Of a stretch of DNA of 64,000 nt, positions 1-14,729 are shown in pieces. Positions within the stretch are counted from its first letter, which is position 1. The number at the start of each line of letters is the position of its first letter. Origin of the DNA: Lytechinus pictus (taxonomy: Eukaryota); NCBI RefSeq assembly GCF_037042905.1, contig NC_087246.1, positions 1,242,001 through 1,306,000 on the forward strand. Direction: 5' to 3'. The position numbers were made by a program, and so were the translations under genes. Below the pieces are notes generated by a model. The model did not search any database, had not been told where the DNA came from, and saw only the letters and a program-made list of their open reading frames with translations.

Positions 1-147
1 AAATTAAACTTTGTGCAAGTTGTCTGTGAAACACGCTAAATATGATTTAAGTGTCATCTTTCTTGCGTTATTTCACCATCCATGTTACTAGCGCGCGGGA
101 GCAAGGAAGGGAGAGAGAGGCAGACAGAGAAAATGGGTAAAAATTAA

Positions 148-712
148 AGGTCAAGTCCATCCTTGAATAAATAGAGAAAAATCAAACTAGCATAGTGCTG
201 AAAATTTCATCAAAATCGGATGTAAAATAAGAAAGTTATGACATTTTAAAGTTTCGCTTATTTTTCACAAAACAGTGATATGCACAACTAGGTGAGTCAG
301 TCGATGATGTCCATCACTCACTATTTCTTTTGTTTTTTATTGTTTGAATTATACAATTTTTCATTTTTTATAGATTTGACAATAAGGACCAACTTGACTG
401 ATCCATATAGTATTAAACAATGCCAATTCCACATGTTCAGGAGGAATTAATCGTTGTATCACTTGATATCGACAATGCGGAGAAAATTAGAATATTTCAT
501 ATTGTAAAATACAAAAGAAATAGTGAGTGGATGACGTCATAGTCTCATACCAGCCAGGATGTGCATATAACTGTTTTGTGAAATCAAGCGAAACTTTAAA
601 ATGTCTTAACTTTCTTATTTTACGTCCGATTTTGATGAAATTTTCAGTATTATGCTTGTTGGATTTTTTTTCTGTTATTCAAATCAACTTTATGTTGGGG
701 TAGACTTGTCCT
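148..712 (+). mobile_element. Kolobok-like MITE, family 1, copy 1
   Basis: TTAA flanks at 144-147 and 713-716, AGG...CCT termini, long imperfect TIRs; closely similar copies at 8569, 32417 and 46040. Confidence 0.85.
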
Positions 713-1414
713 TTAAGTAGAAAATTATAATTGTGGGGGGGGGGTAGTCGATGGAGCAAGGATGGAGTATAGGAGTATGAAGGGCAGATAAGGTTGAAAG
801 ACTGGAATGATGAGATCGGGACAAGGATGAAACGAGGAAAAGAATGGAAATAATATAAATTAGAATGGGAAGGAGGAGACGAAAGAGAAGAGGGGAGAAG
901 ACAAAATTAATGGCTGAAACATGGTCTCATTTTTTCCTGTAACCTTGAAATGACCTTTCAAGGAAAGAGATGGAAATTGGTTACAATGACTCAACAGTTC
1001 ATGTAGGCTGTCATGTGATGGAAGATGATGAAGTTTATGATTGCATTATGATGTAAACAACATGACATTTTCACAAGAGATCGAAGAAAAGGTTCAAGGT
1101 TAACGGCTTTTTATTGCATGTTCCATTCATTTATTCATCTGTAGGCGGATATTCATTGTTTATTTAATTTTATCCACTCATTTACATTTTTGTAATATGT
1201 TCTTAACTTATTTATTTTAATATGTGCCCCACTTAAATTCAGTTTTGGAGAGAAAACAAGTTGGAGGAGCTTAACTGCATCACCCCCCCCCCCCCCCCAT
1301 CGTGTTCTGTTTCCATCGTTAGGAGGGAGAAGGCCATGGGCCCTGGGAAATATTGTTGTCCTATAAAGTAAATAAAAAATCCAAAGCAATAACTTATTGC
1401 TTACATCCCACTGA

Positions 1415-4194
1415 TAGTCCAGGATAGAAGGGGTCGAACCTTGTTTTTTTATATATACAATGTTTTTTGATGGTTTCTTGTCAATTCGAGGGTGCTGATT
1501 CCGAATCCGAATGATGCCACTCGTGTAACCTTGAGCATTTTCTGCAAATTGGCAAAATCCAATATGGCCGCCAAAATATTCAAATTACCCATGAAAATCA
1601 TAAAATTGTCCACACATTGGCTATAAAGTACATGCAATTGTGCTGCCGGAGTGAAATAATATCTGAAAAAATGATTTTTGTCAAAATATTATTTTCTTGA
1701 TATCAAAATGGCCGCCATCATAGACCCCTGTACAATATGAATGGGGAAAATTAATTTTTACAAAATTGAGCACTGAAATGCAAGTAATTATGATCTATGA
1801 GTGAAGCAATGTCTGAAAACATGATTGCTAACGATATATATCATTTGTTATGTCAGTTATGTGATAAATCCTGTATTTTGATATTCAAAATGGCCTCCAA
1901 AAGCCCTAATACTATTATGTACAATGTGAATGGTGACACAAAAAAATCACAAGAGTGAGCACTTAAATGCATTTTGTTAAGATAAACGAGTGGAATACTG
2001 ACTAAAAACAGTATTGTTAACGAAATTTATTATTTAACATGCCATGTATGTGATAAACCCTGTATTTTGATATTTAATATGGCCGCCAAAGGCCCTAAAA
2101 TTATGATCTACGATGTGAGAGAGGACAAAAACAATCACAAGGTGAGCACTAAAACGTATTTTTGTGGTAAATTAGTGGAATACTGTCTTCAAATATAATT
2201 TGCAACGAAATATATTATTCGGGTTTCATATTTGTGTTAAATATTGTATTTTGACTTTCAAAATGGCCGCCAAAATACATTGACTGTATTATGTACAATC
2301 GATCTGGGAAACCAATTTTCACAGGAGTCAGCACCATAACATGCATATAATTGTAATTCAAGAGTAAAATATTGTCTGAAAACATAATTTCTAGCAAGAT
2401 ATATCATTCATTCTGCCAGGTAGGTGATAAATAATGTATTTTGAAAGTCAAAATGGCCGCTACAGGCCCTAACGGTAGGCCTATTATGTACTTTGTGAAT
2501 GGGAACATATAATTTTAACAGAATTTGGCTTTGCTTGTCTAAATGGTGTTGCATGTATGAGTGAAATATCGTCTGAAAATATGATTTCTAACCAAATAGA
2601 TCATTTCTTATGTTATTTAGGTGATAAATGCTATATTTAAATTTCAAAATGGCTGCAATATGTTTCTTTGTGGAAATTATCTTTCCCCATTCAAATTTTA
2701 CATATTAAGATAAGGGACTATGGCGGCCATTTTTCATTTTTAAAAGGCTGCATTCATCACCTTTATGACACAAGCTATGATATATTTCGTTAGAAATCAT
2801 TGGGTCTAGACAATACTTAACACTTACATCAAAATTAAGTCATTTTCATAGTAAAAATTTTGTCAAAATTATCTGTCCCCAGTTACAATGTACATACTAC
2901 TTTGGGCTATGGCAGCAATTTTGAATTTCAAAGTAAGGCCTTTATTACCTTCTCAACCATTATGTGATGTATTTAGTCAGAAATCATGTTCAATACCAAA
3001 TTTGACCTATACATCACATAGTTACGTGCGTTTTTGGCTCTCATTCTGGTGATGATTAGTTTCCCTATACGCATGTTACAGAATTTGTAGGGGCTTGTGC
3101 GGCCGTTTTGAAAGTCAAAATACAGTATCTATCACCTACATGGGAAAGGAAATGTTATATTTCATTATAAAAATCACGTTTTCAAACAATATTTTCCTTA
3201 TACAACAGAATTATATGGATTTCATAGTCAGGCAAATCCTAATTCTTTCAAAAGTATTTGTCCCCATTTACATTGTAGATAATACTGTAAGGGCCCATAG
3301 GGGCCATTTTGAATTTTACAATACAGCATTAATCTCATGCATGAAAAAGGAAATGATATATTTCGCCAGAAAACATGTTTTTAGACAATATTTCTATCGT
3401 AGATTACAATTACATTCATTTTATTGTTTTTACTCTTGTGAAAATTAGTTTCTTCATTCGCTTTGTTCATAATACAGATAGGGCCTATGGCAGCCATGTT
3501 GAATGTCAACATGCAGCATAATTACCGAAATTGCAAGGGAAATGATGTTTCGTTAGAAATCTTTGTTGTCAGACAGTGTTACACCAATATTTCGCAGTTA
3601 TTGGCATTTTAAAGTTAAACAAATTCAAAGGTTGTGAAAATTATTTGTCCCCTTTTATATATTGTACACAGTATAAGGGGTCTATGACAGCCATTTTGAA
3701 TATAAAAAATACAGCATTTATCACATTAGATAGTATACAAATGACATAGTTTTGTTAATAGTCATGTTTTCAGACAGTAGTCCACTCACAGGTCACAATC
3801 ACGTGCAATAATAGTGCTCTTGTTTGAAAAAATATTTTTCCCCATTCATATTCTACATAATAAAGTATACAGGGGTTATGGCGGCCATTTTGAATATCAA
3901 TAAAATAAATATTTTGTCAAATATTGCTTTTCCAATTGGTATTTCACTTCTGCCCAACAACTACATGCATTTTATAGCTAATGTGTGGGCAATTTTATGA
4001 TTTTCATGGGTAATTTGCATATTTTGGCGGCCATATTGGATTTTGCCAATTTGCAGAAAATGCTCAAGGTTACAAGAGTGGCATCATTCAGATTCGGAAT
4101 CAGCACCCTCGAATTGACAAGAAACCATCAAAAAACATTGTATATCTAAAAAAACAAGGTTCGACCCCTTGTCTATGGGGCCTATCCTGGACTA
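1415..4194. mobile_element. 2.8-kb non-autonomous foldback DNA transposon, Academ-like
   Basis: Termini TAGTCCAGGATAG / CTATCCTGGACTA, TGA on both flanks (3-bp TSD), ~300-bp similar inverted arms; the interior is ~190-bp degenerate repeats that flip orientation near 2670. Confidence 0.75.
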
Positions 4195-5774
4195 TGATAA
4201 GCGGATATCCAAATCAATATGAATCACGTGACTGGTTGGATGAAGAATTTTCGTTGCCATGGTAACAGTGATGGCGTAGAATGCATAATGCGATGTAGAA
4301 CAATTATTATTCACCTGAATGAGAATACGATGAGTGATTAGATTAATGATTAACATCTCCTGAAAGTTGAATGGAATGTTTGCCAGATTTATATCCGGAA
4401 CATGTTTGATTTCTTCTTCTGAATATAACGGCAAGAAATAAAAAGAATTTTAATTTCGTTTTGTAATGCCGTGGAGGTATTGCATTATATTTTTTTTCCT
4501 CCGTGGCATTAACATTTAAGGTGTGGTGATGCCTCAAGCCTTGTCTTATCATTATACCTCTGCATGTTATATGATATCAAATACAAGTCCGTGCAATGAG
4601 TTCGCATTGCTTTAAATTATTGTTCTTCGTTTATGTCTTTACGATGTTCACAGTCTGTCAAGGTATAAAGGAATTAATATAGTGTACATGCCTATAATGA
4701 GCTTTATACCTAACCATTTACATCCTATGTTAGTAGGTTATGCATCTTTGAGCATACAAACAAATTTGAAAAAGGAAATATTTCAGTTGATATTTTTATC
4801 ATTGCGGAATAAAAAAAAACGAAAGAAGATTTGAATTCATACAAATAAATAATAATGAAAAGGAAGACAGTGGTTGAATCGGGTTGCAGATAGCACTTGA
4901 CCGTATAAAAACAAAATCAAGGTGACGAATTGTTTGTCAGTAACCCAAGTGTGACTCACACACAATCATGACTGTTTATTGGAGTGAATTTAAGAGGTTC
5001 ATTTTGTTTGGTTTGATAGATGGGGAAAGAACTTTCTTCTTGAATTCAAATCCTCTCTTCAAAGAAATGGGAAGAAAATTGCCCATGAAATATATTATTC
5101 TAGTGTCAAATAATTTCGATAGGGATGGGTTGAAAGGATCTATGGATAAACCTACTTTCTTGCCACCATCCCCTCCCCTCCTGCCCCCCCCCCTTCCCAT
5201 TTTCCCTCCATCCACCCTCTCTCTCTCTCTCTTTCTCTATCTCTCTAAACCTCAGTCGATGTCACATAGTGAAGCTTAACAAATGACCGTCCCCTGCTTG
5301 AGTCAAACACAGGCTATAGAATCTAGGGGGGGTAAAGGGTGCATGTGCCCCCATACCCTTCCCGCCCCCCAGTCAAGCTTACGATAAACATTGCCCCGTT
5401 TTGGGTTGTTTTTAAATCTATGATGGGAAGTTGGATGTAATGTTGAGGGAAAGATCTTTCATCTGACCTCAACGAGGTGACAAGTAGATTTTTAGCCCCC
5501 TCCCTCCATGAATTCTTGATCCACCCCTGGTCAGAACCCCCTCAATAGGAAACAAAAGATGGTGATCAATGACCCCATGCCCTCCCGCGATGACTACGTC
5601 GATAAGACGCCTCTGTGGTCAACCATCACACAAACATGGATTGACTGTATAGAGGTAACTCCATGATATCAGTGGCTGACTCCAGGTAGGGTTACATCCG
5701 GCCCGTGCCCCCACTCCCCTCCTTCCTTTTCAGAGCCATAACAAATAATGATTGTTGGGGGAATATGTTTTATA

Positions 5775-6307
5775 CGATTCTAGGACATCTACCCCCTGGA
5801 CATCCACCCCCCGGACATCTACCCCCCGGACCGCCTGTCTGGGGGGGGGGGGGTAAATGTCCGGGGGGTAGATGTCCGGGGGGTAGATGTCCGGGGGGTA
5901 AATGTCCGGGGGGTAGATGTCCGGGGGGTAGATGTCCGGGGGGTAGATGTCCGAGGGGTAGATGTCCGGGGGGTAAATGTCCGGGGGGTAGATGTCCGGG
6001 GGGTAAATGTCCGGGGGGTATATGTCCGGGGGGTAGATGTCCGAGGGGTAGATGTCCGGGGGGTAGATGTCCGGGGGGTAAATGTCCGGGGGGTAGATGT
6101 CCGGGGGGTAATTGTCCGGGGGGTAGATGTCCGGGGGTAGATGTCCGGGGGGTAGATGTCCGGGGGGTACTTGTCCGGGGGGTAAATGTCCGGGGGGTAG
6201 ATGTCCTAGGGGGTACTTGTCCTAGGGGGTAGATGTCCTAAGGGGGTGGATGTCCGGGGGGTGGATGTCCGGGGGGTGGATGTCCAGGGGGTAGATGTCC
6301 GGATACG
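5775..6307. mobile_element. MITE built from 15-bp tandem repeats (GGGGGGTAGATGTCC)n, possibly MULE-like
   Basis: TSD GTTTTATA at 5767-5774 and 6308-6315; inverted GGACATCTACCCCC units at the left end face ~30 forward units. Confidence 0.75.
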
Positions 6308-7822
6308 GTTTTATACGCCAGTGAGGAACCTTTTTTTTTTTCTTGTCGAAAGAAGGCATCTTTTTTTTCATCTTCTTTTCATCTTTTTTTTGGGGGGAGG
6401 CTTGTTATTTTTTTCTGTATAAAAGTGCCCCTCCCCACTTTGGAAAATCTTGGATCCGCCCCTGGGTTCAATCACACGAAAGCGTGAAAGACGGAGGGAG
6501 CGAAAAACCAAGGAAGAGAAGGAGAGAAATATCTTACAGGTGATCGTTGCTCCTACACTATAATACAATACTGTGTTGGTTCGTAGAATCGCTTCATCAT
6601 TGCTTCGACGAAGACGTAATTGATTTCCAGTGACTCATCGACCGTGGAACAAAGGTAACCAACATGCGATCTCGTTAAACGAACGAGTTTTCCAACTACC
6701 AGATGGTTCAGTAATATTAGAAATATGTTCCTAAAAATTATGAGGGTTTAATTGCATGTCTTATATATGTATTAACATTGGGCCTACATAAACATTCAGA
6801 ACATGACATGAACTAGATCCTTTCGCAATGTTTGTCCTTTATACATTCTATAAACGGATAGTAAACTTACTCAATATTGGATAGAAAAGGAACAGGCATG
6901 TTAGCTGGGTATTTTTCTTCCAATATTGGGCATAATGCATGTTTGAAGGGTAAATTTCAACACAATATTGCGTAAACTTTACAAAATATTTTTTCTATCT
7001 TTTTACTTAACAAACATGCATGTTCGCATTTTACCCAAGCAATATTGGGCAAACTTTTTTTTAGATTGTATTGTTACTTATTTATTTGATTGATTTCATT
7101 TCTTTTATTTAATTATAATGATTTATAATGATTTTTTTATTCATCTGATAATAATGTTGAATATTGTCATCTTATTCTGTTTATCAATCTGTTGTTGGGA
7201 TAAACTTTACCTTTAAAGAGATTTTAGTGTGTCACATTTAAAGTGTCATTATAAAACTGTATTTATCTGGTTACGGGTGAAAATCCCAATATCCCCAAAT
7301 TTCAACCATAGGAAAGAGATATCAGGCTGACTAACGATGTAATTGTGAACTTATCTATCATGTTTTGATTTTGGGACTCATTATTCCACCATGGATCTGC
7401 CCATAATTCCAGGCTTCTAAACTGATTTTTCTCTTCCCAAAACACCTTCTTTTTACATCTTCTTTCACTTTATTTCCCTTTTTACAGATATCTTTATTTC
7501 AAAAATAAAATGAGACATTGCACTTTTAGATTTCAACCATAGATTGAAATTTTATAATAAATGATAACGAAAACCTTGTAACAGATTTTGAAGAAAAAGT
7601 TTATCCCAGTTCCCAGCCCCCTAACTAAAATGAAATTCACCCTATATAGTCTGTCTATGCAAGCATGTGTTTCTCGATATTTCCCAAAATGAAAGCCTTT
7701 AGATTAATTTCATTATGTCCGAGATTTACTTACTATCATTACTTCCCATCTTTTGAGTTATTCTGTACAATATTTCTTTCAGTACAGCCCTCACAGAAAA
7801 ATTAATTCAAACTTATTATTAA

Positions 7823-8263
7823 AGGAAAGTTCACCCTGACAAAAAGTTTGCTTTAAAAAAATAGCAGAAAAAATAATTAAAAATATTAGCGAAGGTTTGA
7901 AGAAAACCCATCAAAAATTTCAAATTTTATCAGATTTTTTTTAATTATTTGTGACGTCACATGCGAGCTGGTTCACGCCGGTATAAAAATCGATTAAAAT
8001 ACATTTTGATGGGTTGAAGATGGATTATAATGTTATTAACAGACAAATTATTTCACAGTCGCTCTTGAAATAAGAACATTTTTAGTCATCAGGCACCAAA
8101 AAAAGAAAGAAATTTATGCAGTTTATATTACACCACGTATGGGGCAGCTGCTCGTGTATCCAAAACTGAAAATTTTAATAACTTTCTTGATCTTTAACGG
8201 ATTTTCCTCAAATGTTTCTTCTGCTATTTTAGAATAAACTTTTCGTCAGGGTGAACTCCCCCT
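7823..8263. mobile_element. Kolobok-like MITE, family 2
   Basis: TTAA|AGGAAAGTTCACCCTGAC ... GTCAGGGTGAACTCCCCCT|TTAA. Confidence 0.75.
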
Positions 8264-8568
8264 TTAATGCAACGAAAATTACATTTCCCTGCACGATTCC
8301 TCTATACCCAACCACTCGCTGTTTTACATGAACATGGCCAATTTATTCAATATTATTCAGTTATTTCGTTTTTGACAGCAAAACTGAGTCACGCATCCCC
8401 TTTTTAACGACAAAAAAGAACAAGAAGTCGTGAGTTTGATACATTTCCCCGCGATACCTAATGGGTTGCCAATTTCGTTTGGTTAATGAATTGTGAAATC
8501 ATTTATCTAAGAAACAGCTTCTTACATATCCATCTTCTCTCCGTGCATTTCTTGATTGACATTTTTAA

Positions 8569-9159
8569 AGGATAAGTCCACCCCAACTAAAAGTTGTTTT
8601 GAATAAAAGTGAAAAATCCAACAAGCATAGCACTGAAAATGTCATCAAAGTCGGACGTAAAATATTAAAGTTATGACAATTTTTATGAAGTTTCGCTTAA
8701 TTTCACAAAACAGTTATCACATCCTGGTCGGTATGCAAATGAGGGGATTGATGACGTCACCCACTCACTGATTCTTTTGTGTTTTATTATGAAATATTCT
8801 ACGTTGCTCCTCATTGTCCTGTGAAACAAAATTTTCTCCTCACTGAACATGTGGAATTACCATTGTTTTAACATTTAATGGTTCAGTCAAGTAGGTTCTT
8901 ATTGTCAAATATGTAGAAAATGAAATATAGTATAATTCAAACGATAAAAAAAAATAGTGAGTGAAGGACATCATCGACTCATTTTGTCATTTTCATATCA
9001 CTGAGTTGTGCATATAACTATTTTCAGTAAAATAAGCGAAACTTGAAAATGTCATAACTTTCTTATTTTACATCCGACTTTGATCAATTTTCAGCATCAA
9101 GCTAGTTTGATTTTTCTCTATTGATTCAAATCAACATTTTTCTTGGGTGGACTTGGCCT
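8569..9159 (-). mobile_element. Kolobok-like MITE, family 1, copy 2
   Basis: TTAA TSDs and TIRs; reverse orientation to the copy at 148-712. Confidence 0.85.
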
Positions 9160-9437
9160 TTAAAACTAAAATCTAAAATTGAAATCGAACCCCGTGGATA
9201 GAAATGTTTTGCATGGCAAGTTTACTTATTTTGATCAGCTCTTGTACCCTCTAGGTGTCGAACTGAGAATTAGAGACGAAACAATAATGGCACGCGGAAT
9301 AATCACCAGTGACAAAAAAAGAAAACTTCAGTATTTACTCAACATAATCAATGGATAGACAAAAATAAACTAGATCACACGCGAAAATGAAACACCCCCC
9401 CTTTAAAAACGCCCCATATTAAAAACATACTTACTCC

Positions 9438-11760
9438 CATGGGTGTCGATCACGGGGGGATGGGGGATATATCCCCCCAATATTTCAAATGGGGGGTGGC
9501 CTGTATTATCATCCCCCCCCCCAATAATTTAGGGTAGAAAATTTATAATAATGATAATGAAAAAATGTAAAGGTTTGATCATGATGATTATAGTGATGAT
9601 TATAGTATGCCATCAATCAGTTTGTTTCCCTCGCAATTTGTGTATATTGTTATTAAATAAAAACATTCTTTTCCAGGACTTTTAAACAGATGGGTGGAGG
9701 TTCAAGATGAAAAAGAATGAAATGTTTACGTATATGATATTTTTTAACACATGACATAAAAGGACCCCGACGAAAAACAACTTTTGTTGATAGGGTGTTC
9801 CATCCCACCAGTGGTAATATGATCATATTTTTACAATTTTTAATAAGTGAAATCAATTAATGGTTTCAGAAAGAATAATCATTCATTTCTCTCTAAAGCG
9901 TATCTTCGGATATGAACATCGGATTTTTATCCATGTTATTCTTGTTATTGTTATGGACTTGAATAACTAAACTTGATTGACTCTTTCTTATTTTGGCAAA
10001 AAGAAATCTCTTTTGAGTTTGGAAAGGGATGACAGTTTTGCATTCTATATGAGCACACTCATGCGGTACGTAAATTTCATTTTAACACATATATTAGCTG
10101 ATATTACACACTGATGGTTCAAGAAAATGTTGGAGAAATATCATAACATGAGAGTTGAGTTTTTATTGTTTTTATGTTTGTTTTTGTTTTATGCACTTAT
10201 AAAGCATTTAAAACATGTTAAAATCCAGGGTTAAAATCGTCTAAGGAATGACGGTAAGCCCGATGGCGCACGAGAAGCCACACAGTTTGTAATTTGTGCT
10301 AGTCTTAATTTGTCAGAATCTGCATTTTATCATCATGAAGTTGTATACATCATGTCCAATAAACAGATCACTTTGTACATGGTCCAGACAATGTTTGTCA
10401 TTTTTTCTTTCGTATGAGTTTAGAATAGGCTTACTTGTAACACAAATTGAATTTTCAAAAAAAAATTATAAGTACAGTACACTGCAATAATGAAATAATT
10501 TCCAAGAACACAGTGGCGTAACTACGGGGGGGGGGCATGGGGGCACGTGCCCCTCAATCGGCTGGCAAAAAAAAAACGGGGAAGAGGAGAAAGGAAGAGA
10601 AACGTAGTGGGAATGAAGAAATTATTGTTCATTATAATGTTATATTATAATAATGTTATGTTATAATACATAAGAAACATTTTTTCATAACTCTATTTTG
10701 CTCAGGCCTAGATTTCTTCATTGTTCCCGGTACTCGCATTGTATGTTTAACGTTTTTAAGTCAATATACACCAAATATATTTCCTCGCACTTCGACTTAT
10801 TATTGTTTTATGTAGTGACATATGGTTCTTTTTCATGACTACTTAAAGTGATTGCCCCATTTTAAGGTGTTAATATAAAACATTTCCTGTCCGTGCTTAC
10901 GTTCGCACTAGTAGATTGGTGAGATATGACTGCTCTTCATGAATTCCTAAAAATCAGTCCTTATTGTCCCTTTTTCTGATCTGAATATCAACAATTTTCG
11001 ATCGCATCATTTGTTTAGTGAAATACGTATCGTATGGTCTTAGTGAATTCTTACAAACAGGCCTTAGAATGCCTCTCTTCAGGTCTGAATATCCTAAATT
11101 TTCAGCTCGCGCTTCGCGCTCGCAATATTTGATGAGTGAGATGCGTATTATCATGATTACAATGACTACAAAAAGTGCTTCATGTGTTTAGATGTAGCAA
11201 AATCAACAAGTGCTTTGCACTCGCATTAGATGACTATGGTGAGATATGTATACTCTTAATGGATTCCTAAAATATAGTCCTTAACATGTCCTTGTTTGGG
11301 GTAAATATTTACAAAAATTTCAGCTCGCGCTTCGCGCTCGCATTGTTTGTTTAGCGAGACAGGTATGTATCATGATTACAAAAAATGTGCTTATAATGTC
11401 CTTTTTTGGTCTGCATATCAAAAATTTTCAGCTCGCGCTTCGCGCTCGCACTATTTGAACAGTGAGATACATATCAGTTTAATGGCACTGTCCTTAAAAT
11501 GTCCCTATATTAGGTCAGTATACCTGGCAACTGAGTGCGCTTCGCGCGCCCACTAAGTGACTCAAAAATTTTGCTGGTACCCCCCCCCCCCCAATGCCGT
11601 GACTCACGGTTCGCCACTGCAAGAACACCATGCATATCAACCACTCCCAAATGTCCTAACTTGTGATTTTAGTGGGGGTAATGTTGAAAGATCCCCATCC
11701 ACAAGAACATTTGTGTCAATCATCCCCCCCCCCAACCAAGAATACCGATCGACACCCATG
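9438..11760. mobile_element. hAT-like non-autonomous element (outer), contains a nested MITE
   Basis: TIR CATGGGTGTCGATC / GATCGACACCCATG; 8-bp TSD CTTACTCC at 9430-9437 and 11761-11768. Confidence 0.85.
10511..11619 (+). mobile_element. hAT-like MITE (inner family), copy 1
   Basis: CAGTGGCG...CGCCACTG termini; 8-bp TSD CAAGAACA; internal GCTCGCGCTTCGCGCTCGC repeats. Confidence 0.85.
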
Positions 11761-12184
11761 CTTACTCCCCCATTTTATCCCCAATTTTTCCTTACTCTCC
11801 TCCCTTTAGGCCATAAAAAATTTTATGATCTATTATGTCATCTTACACCCGTCCCTGGACACGCCAACACCCCCGTAAACATGAACATGACAATATATAG
11901 TAGCCCCATTATGAGCACCAATTTCCCACAGTGCATACGCAGTGATGACTCCCTGCTTCAGTTCATTATTTACTCTATTAATGTTTTTTTTATACAATAC
12001 AAAAAGGGCTGAAAAGACCACACCTATTAATTCATGACGTCATTCACCATTGTTTGTGAATGACAAAGTGAATGACATTTTAGGGCATTTCAGTATACTT
12101 TGGAGAAAATCAAGTTATGCGTACAATCGCGTTCCCGCCAGATCAACTGCTCTTATAGGAGAATCATTACAAAATAATGATAAA

Positions 12185-12223
12185 AGGAAAGAAGCAGAAG
12201 AAGAAGAGGTAGAAGAAGAAGAA

Positions 12224-12255
<32 letters not shown>

Positions 12256-12270
12256 AGAAGAAAAAGAAGG
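12185..12270 (+). repeat. (GAA)n microsatellite
   Basis: Direct GAA/GAG run. Confidence 0.9.
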
Positions 12271-12664
12271 ATCGAGGAGGAGGAGCCGGGAGAAATGGCA
12301 ACAAACAATATTTTTGAAGATATCAATAGGCCTATATGGCATAAAAATCAGTATGTCCACTAAAAAATGATAAAAAGCATGGAATTCAGCACAGATGCAT
12401 CTACGTTAAAACGCCCCAAGAAAAAGAAGTAATCATCATTCCTGTCTATCTGATGTTTGAAAGAGACTTATAATCATGGCGCAATGTACATGATAATGTA
12501 TGCCGATTTCGGGAGCATATTAGAAACATCAGCTTTCAAAACGGGCAAAACCCCTTGCGTTGTTTTGATGAATCACGAAGGGCTTATTACTGACCCCATT
12601 ATGCACCTCTTCGCCAGGGTATTAATTTGGTAGGGGATGCATTGTATATCCAAATTAATATTAT

Positions 12665-12830
12665 TATGTGGCCATTAGACCAATTGGTTATTAGACAGAA
12701 TGGCATTAGACTAAATGAAAGTGGACCATGTGGTGAGTGGTGAGTGGACGAACTGATGGTAGACCAAATGATAGTAGACGAGTTGGCAATTGGACGAATT
12801 GGCATTAAAAGAATTGGAAATAAACCGACG
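12665..12830 (+). repeat. Degenerate 15-bp tandem repeat (TAGACCAAxTGG type), MITE arm
   Basis: Same unit recurs at 51185-51350 (inverted) and 52457-52760. Confidence 0.6.
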
Positions 12831-14285
12831 TGACAGCTCGGGTTGCAAATGTAAATGATGTCTTTATGATGAATGTTTTTGTGTAACAAATCTAATGACT
12901 TGTGTTTCTCATGTTGATGTTAGGAGGAACTAAAGTCATAATAAAATAGTATAGCATGATGAACTGTTGTTTGAATTGGCATAGTGCCCGACCGTTATCA
13001 ACATAAAACGATGTTTTCTAACAATTGGTCGAATTTTATGATAAGGGAGTCAACAAACGATCCGGTCATAGACATTTATGGGACCGGATAGACACAGAAC
13101 TCATCATTATGTCTTACAAAATAATAAACAGCCTTTTGAGGGTGAAAGAGCTTCATGATAAAGATGAGGATAAAATTAAAGATCACATTTCAAATCAGTA
13201 ATTATTTCCAATAGAAAATGCAGCGCATCACATTGTTTAGTTTCAGAAGAGATTGATTACAGCCACCCATATACAAAACGTTCCGCGGCTTCTGATACCT
13301 TAAAGGTATCCTTTTGAAATGTTGGGGAGGGGGGGGGGATGGAGGGTCCACAACCGTTTAGAAATTTTGAATTATGGGGGAGAAGGATGATTACTTGTAG
13401 TGCTTTAATGTCATATTTCCTAATGCACGAAATCTTCAAATTTCACTTGCAAAAGCTCCCCCAGTCAAGCTCGGGCACTTCACGCCCTCGATTTTGAGTT
13501 TCTTCAATTTTTTTTACACGCGTCTTGCCTCCCCCTCCCCAGGAAAATGTATATGTATGGCCATATTGTTGGGTGTGTTTATGTTTGTGTGTGTGTGGGG
13601 GGGGGGGGGGGGCTTGTCAAAGTCACAGTGATTGTACTCAGTAATTTCCAATGGTTCAATACCCGGTAATACCTTCTTCCACAAAAATTATTCTACTAGT
13701 TTGATGTATTTAAATTCTTATATTTCAAATGCAATTTCAATTGTATTTTGATAACAGGATTTCGAGATTTAAAATAAGTTATTTTAATATTATTATGGAA
13801 AAGGATGAAATGAAATGTAATATTGTATGAAGTAATGTTTATTGGGTTTCGTTAACAGTTTAAAACACACCAAGAGGATCACAATGAAACCTATACATAG
13901 TGCCTAGTGGGAACATTGACATTCTCACGGATTACAGGTAATTTTCATAAATATAGGGTTCATTGTACAGTATAATCGTTATTGCACTGATAATCATGGG
14001 TTCAACAACTGAGTATAGAAAGTAAGAGAGAGAGGGATAAGGAGAGAGATAGAGAGAGAGAGAGAAAGGGAGGAAAAGAAAAATAAAGAGAGAGAGAGAG
14101 AGAGAGTGGGAGGCGCATACAGGTCGAGAGGGCTGTATTATGCCTATAACTTTTCTCCAAGCCCCTTCGAATGAATAAAAACTCGAGGACCAAGAGGTTT
14201 TGTATTCTCCAGGTGTGCGAAATTAAGCTGTACCTTTTTTTTATCACATCAAAATGATGCATCAGTTAATTACATAATTATGATA

Positions 14286-14454
14286 CAGGGGCCGCGGAAG
14301 CGGGGGGGGGGGGGCTGGGGGGCTTCAGCCCCCCCCCCCCACTTTTTTTCCAAAACCATGTACAAAAACGTAAAAATGACCATATATACGATTGTGATTT
14401 TTTGCATGGTCAGCCCCCCCCCCCCCCACTTTGAAAACCGTTCCGCGGCCCCTG
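14286..14454. mobile_element. Short MITE with CAGGGGCCGCGGAA TIRs
   Basis: 14-bp perfect TIR; related copy at ~54721-54910. Confidence 0.7.
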
Positions 14455-14729
14455 TGATAATGATAGAAAGATGAATATCACTATGGGTTATAGTTCGATA
14501 CGCATATACTATTATTGCTATCGTGTCGAGGTTCGGAGAAATGTACTCCATGTTTAGTGCATCCCCTGTTTTTTCATGATGCTGGCCCCCTATATCTATT
14601 TTATTCATTTCTTCTTATTTTATTTATTATTATTATTATTTATTTTTTTTGGGGGGTCGCCCTATAGAACTACGACCTCATTCAGCAAACGGGAGATCTG
14701 TAATTATCTCAATGCCCGATAGAAAGAGT

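Noticed and set aside
5705..6232. 175-aa ORF of CPGGR repeats resembling a Cys-rich or metallothionein-like protein
   Set aside because: It is the translation of a 15-bp repeat inside a TSD-flanked MITE and changes frame within the array.
12050..12370. Poly-Glu / poly-Ser ORFs (similar cases at 28075-28484 and 51323-51843)
   Set aside because: Artefacts of polypurine microsatellites.
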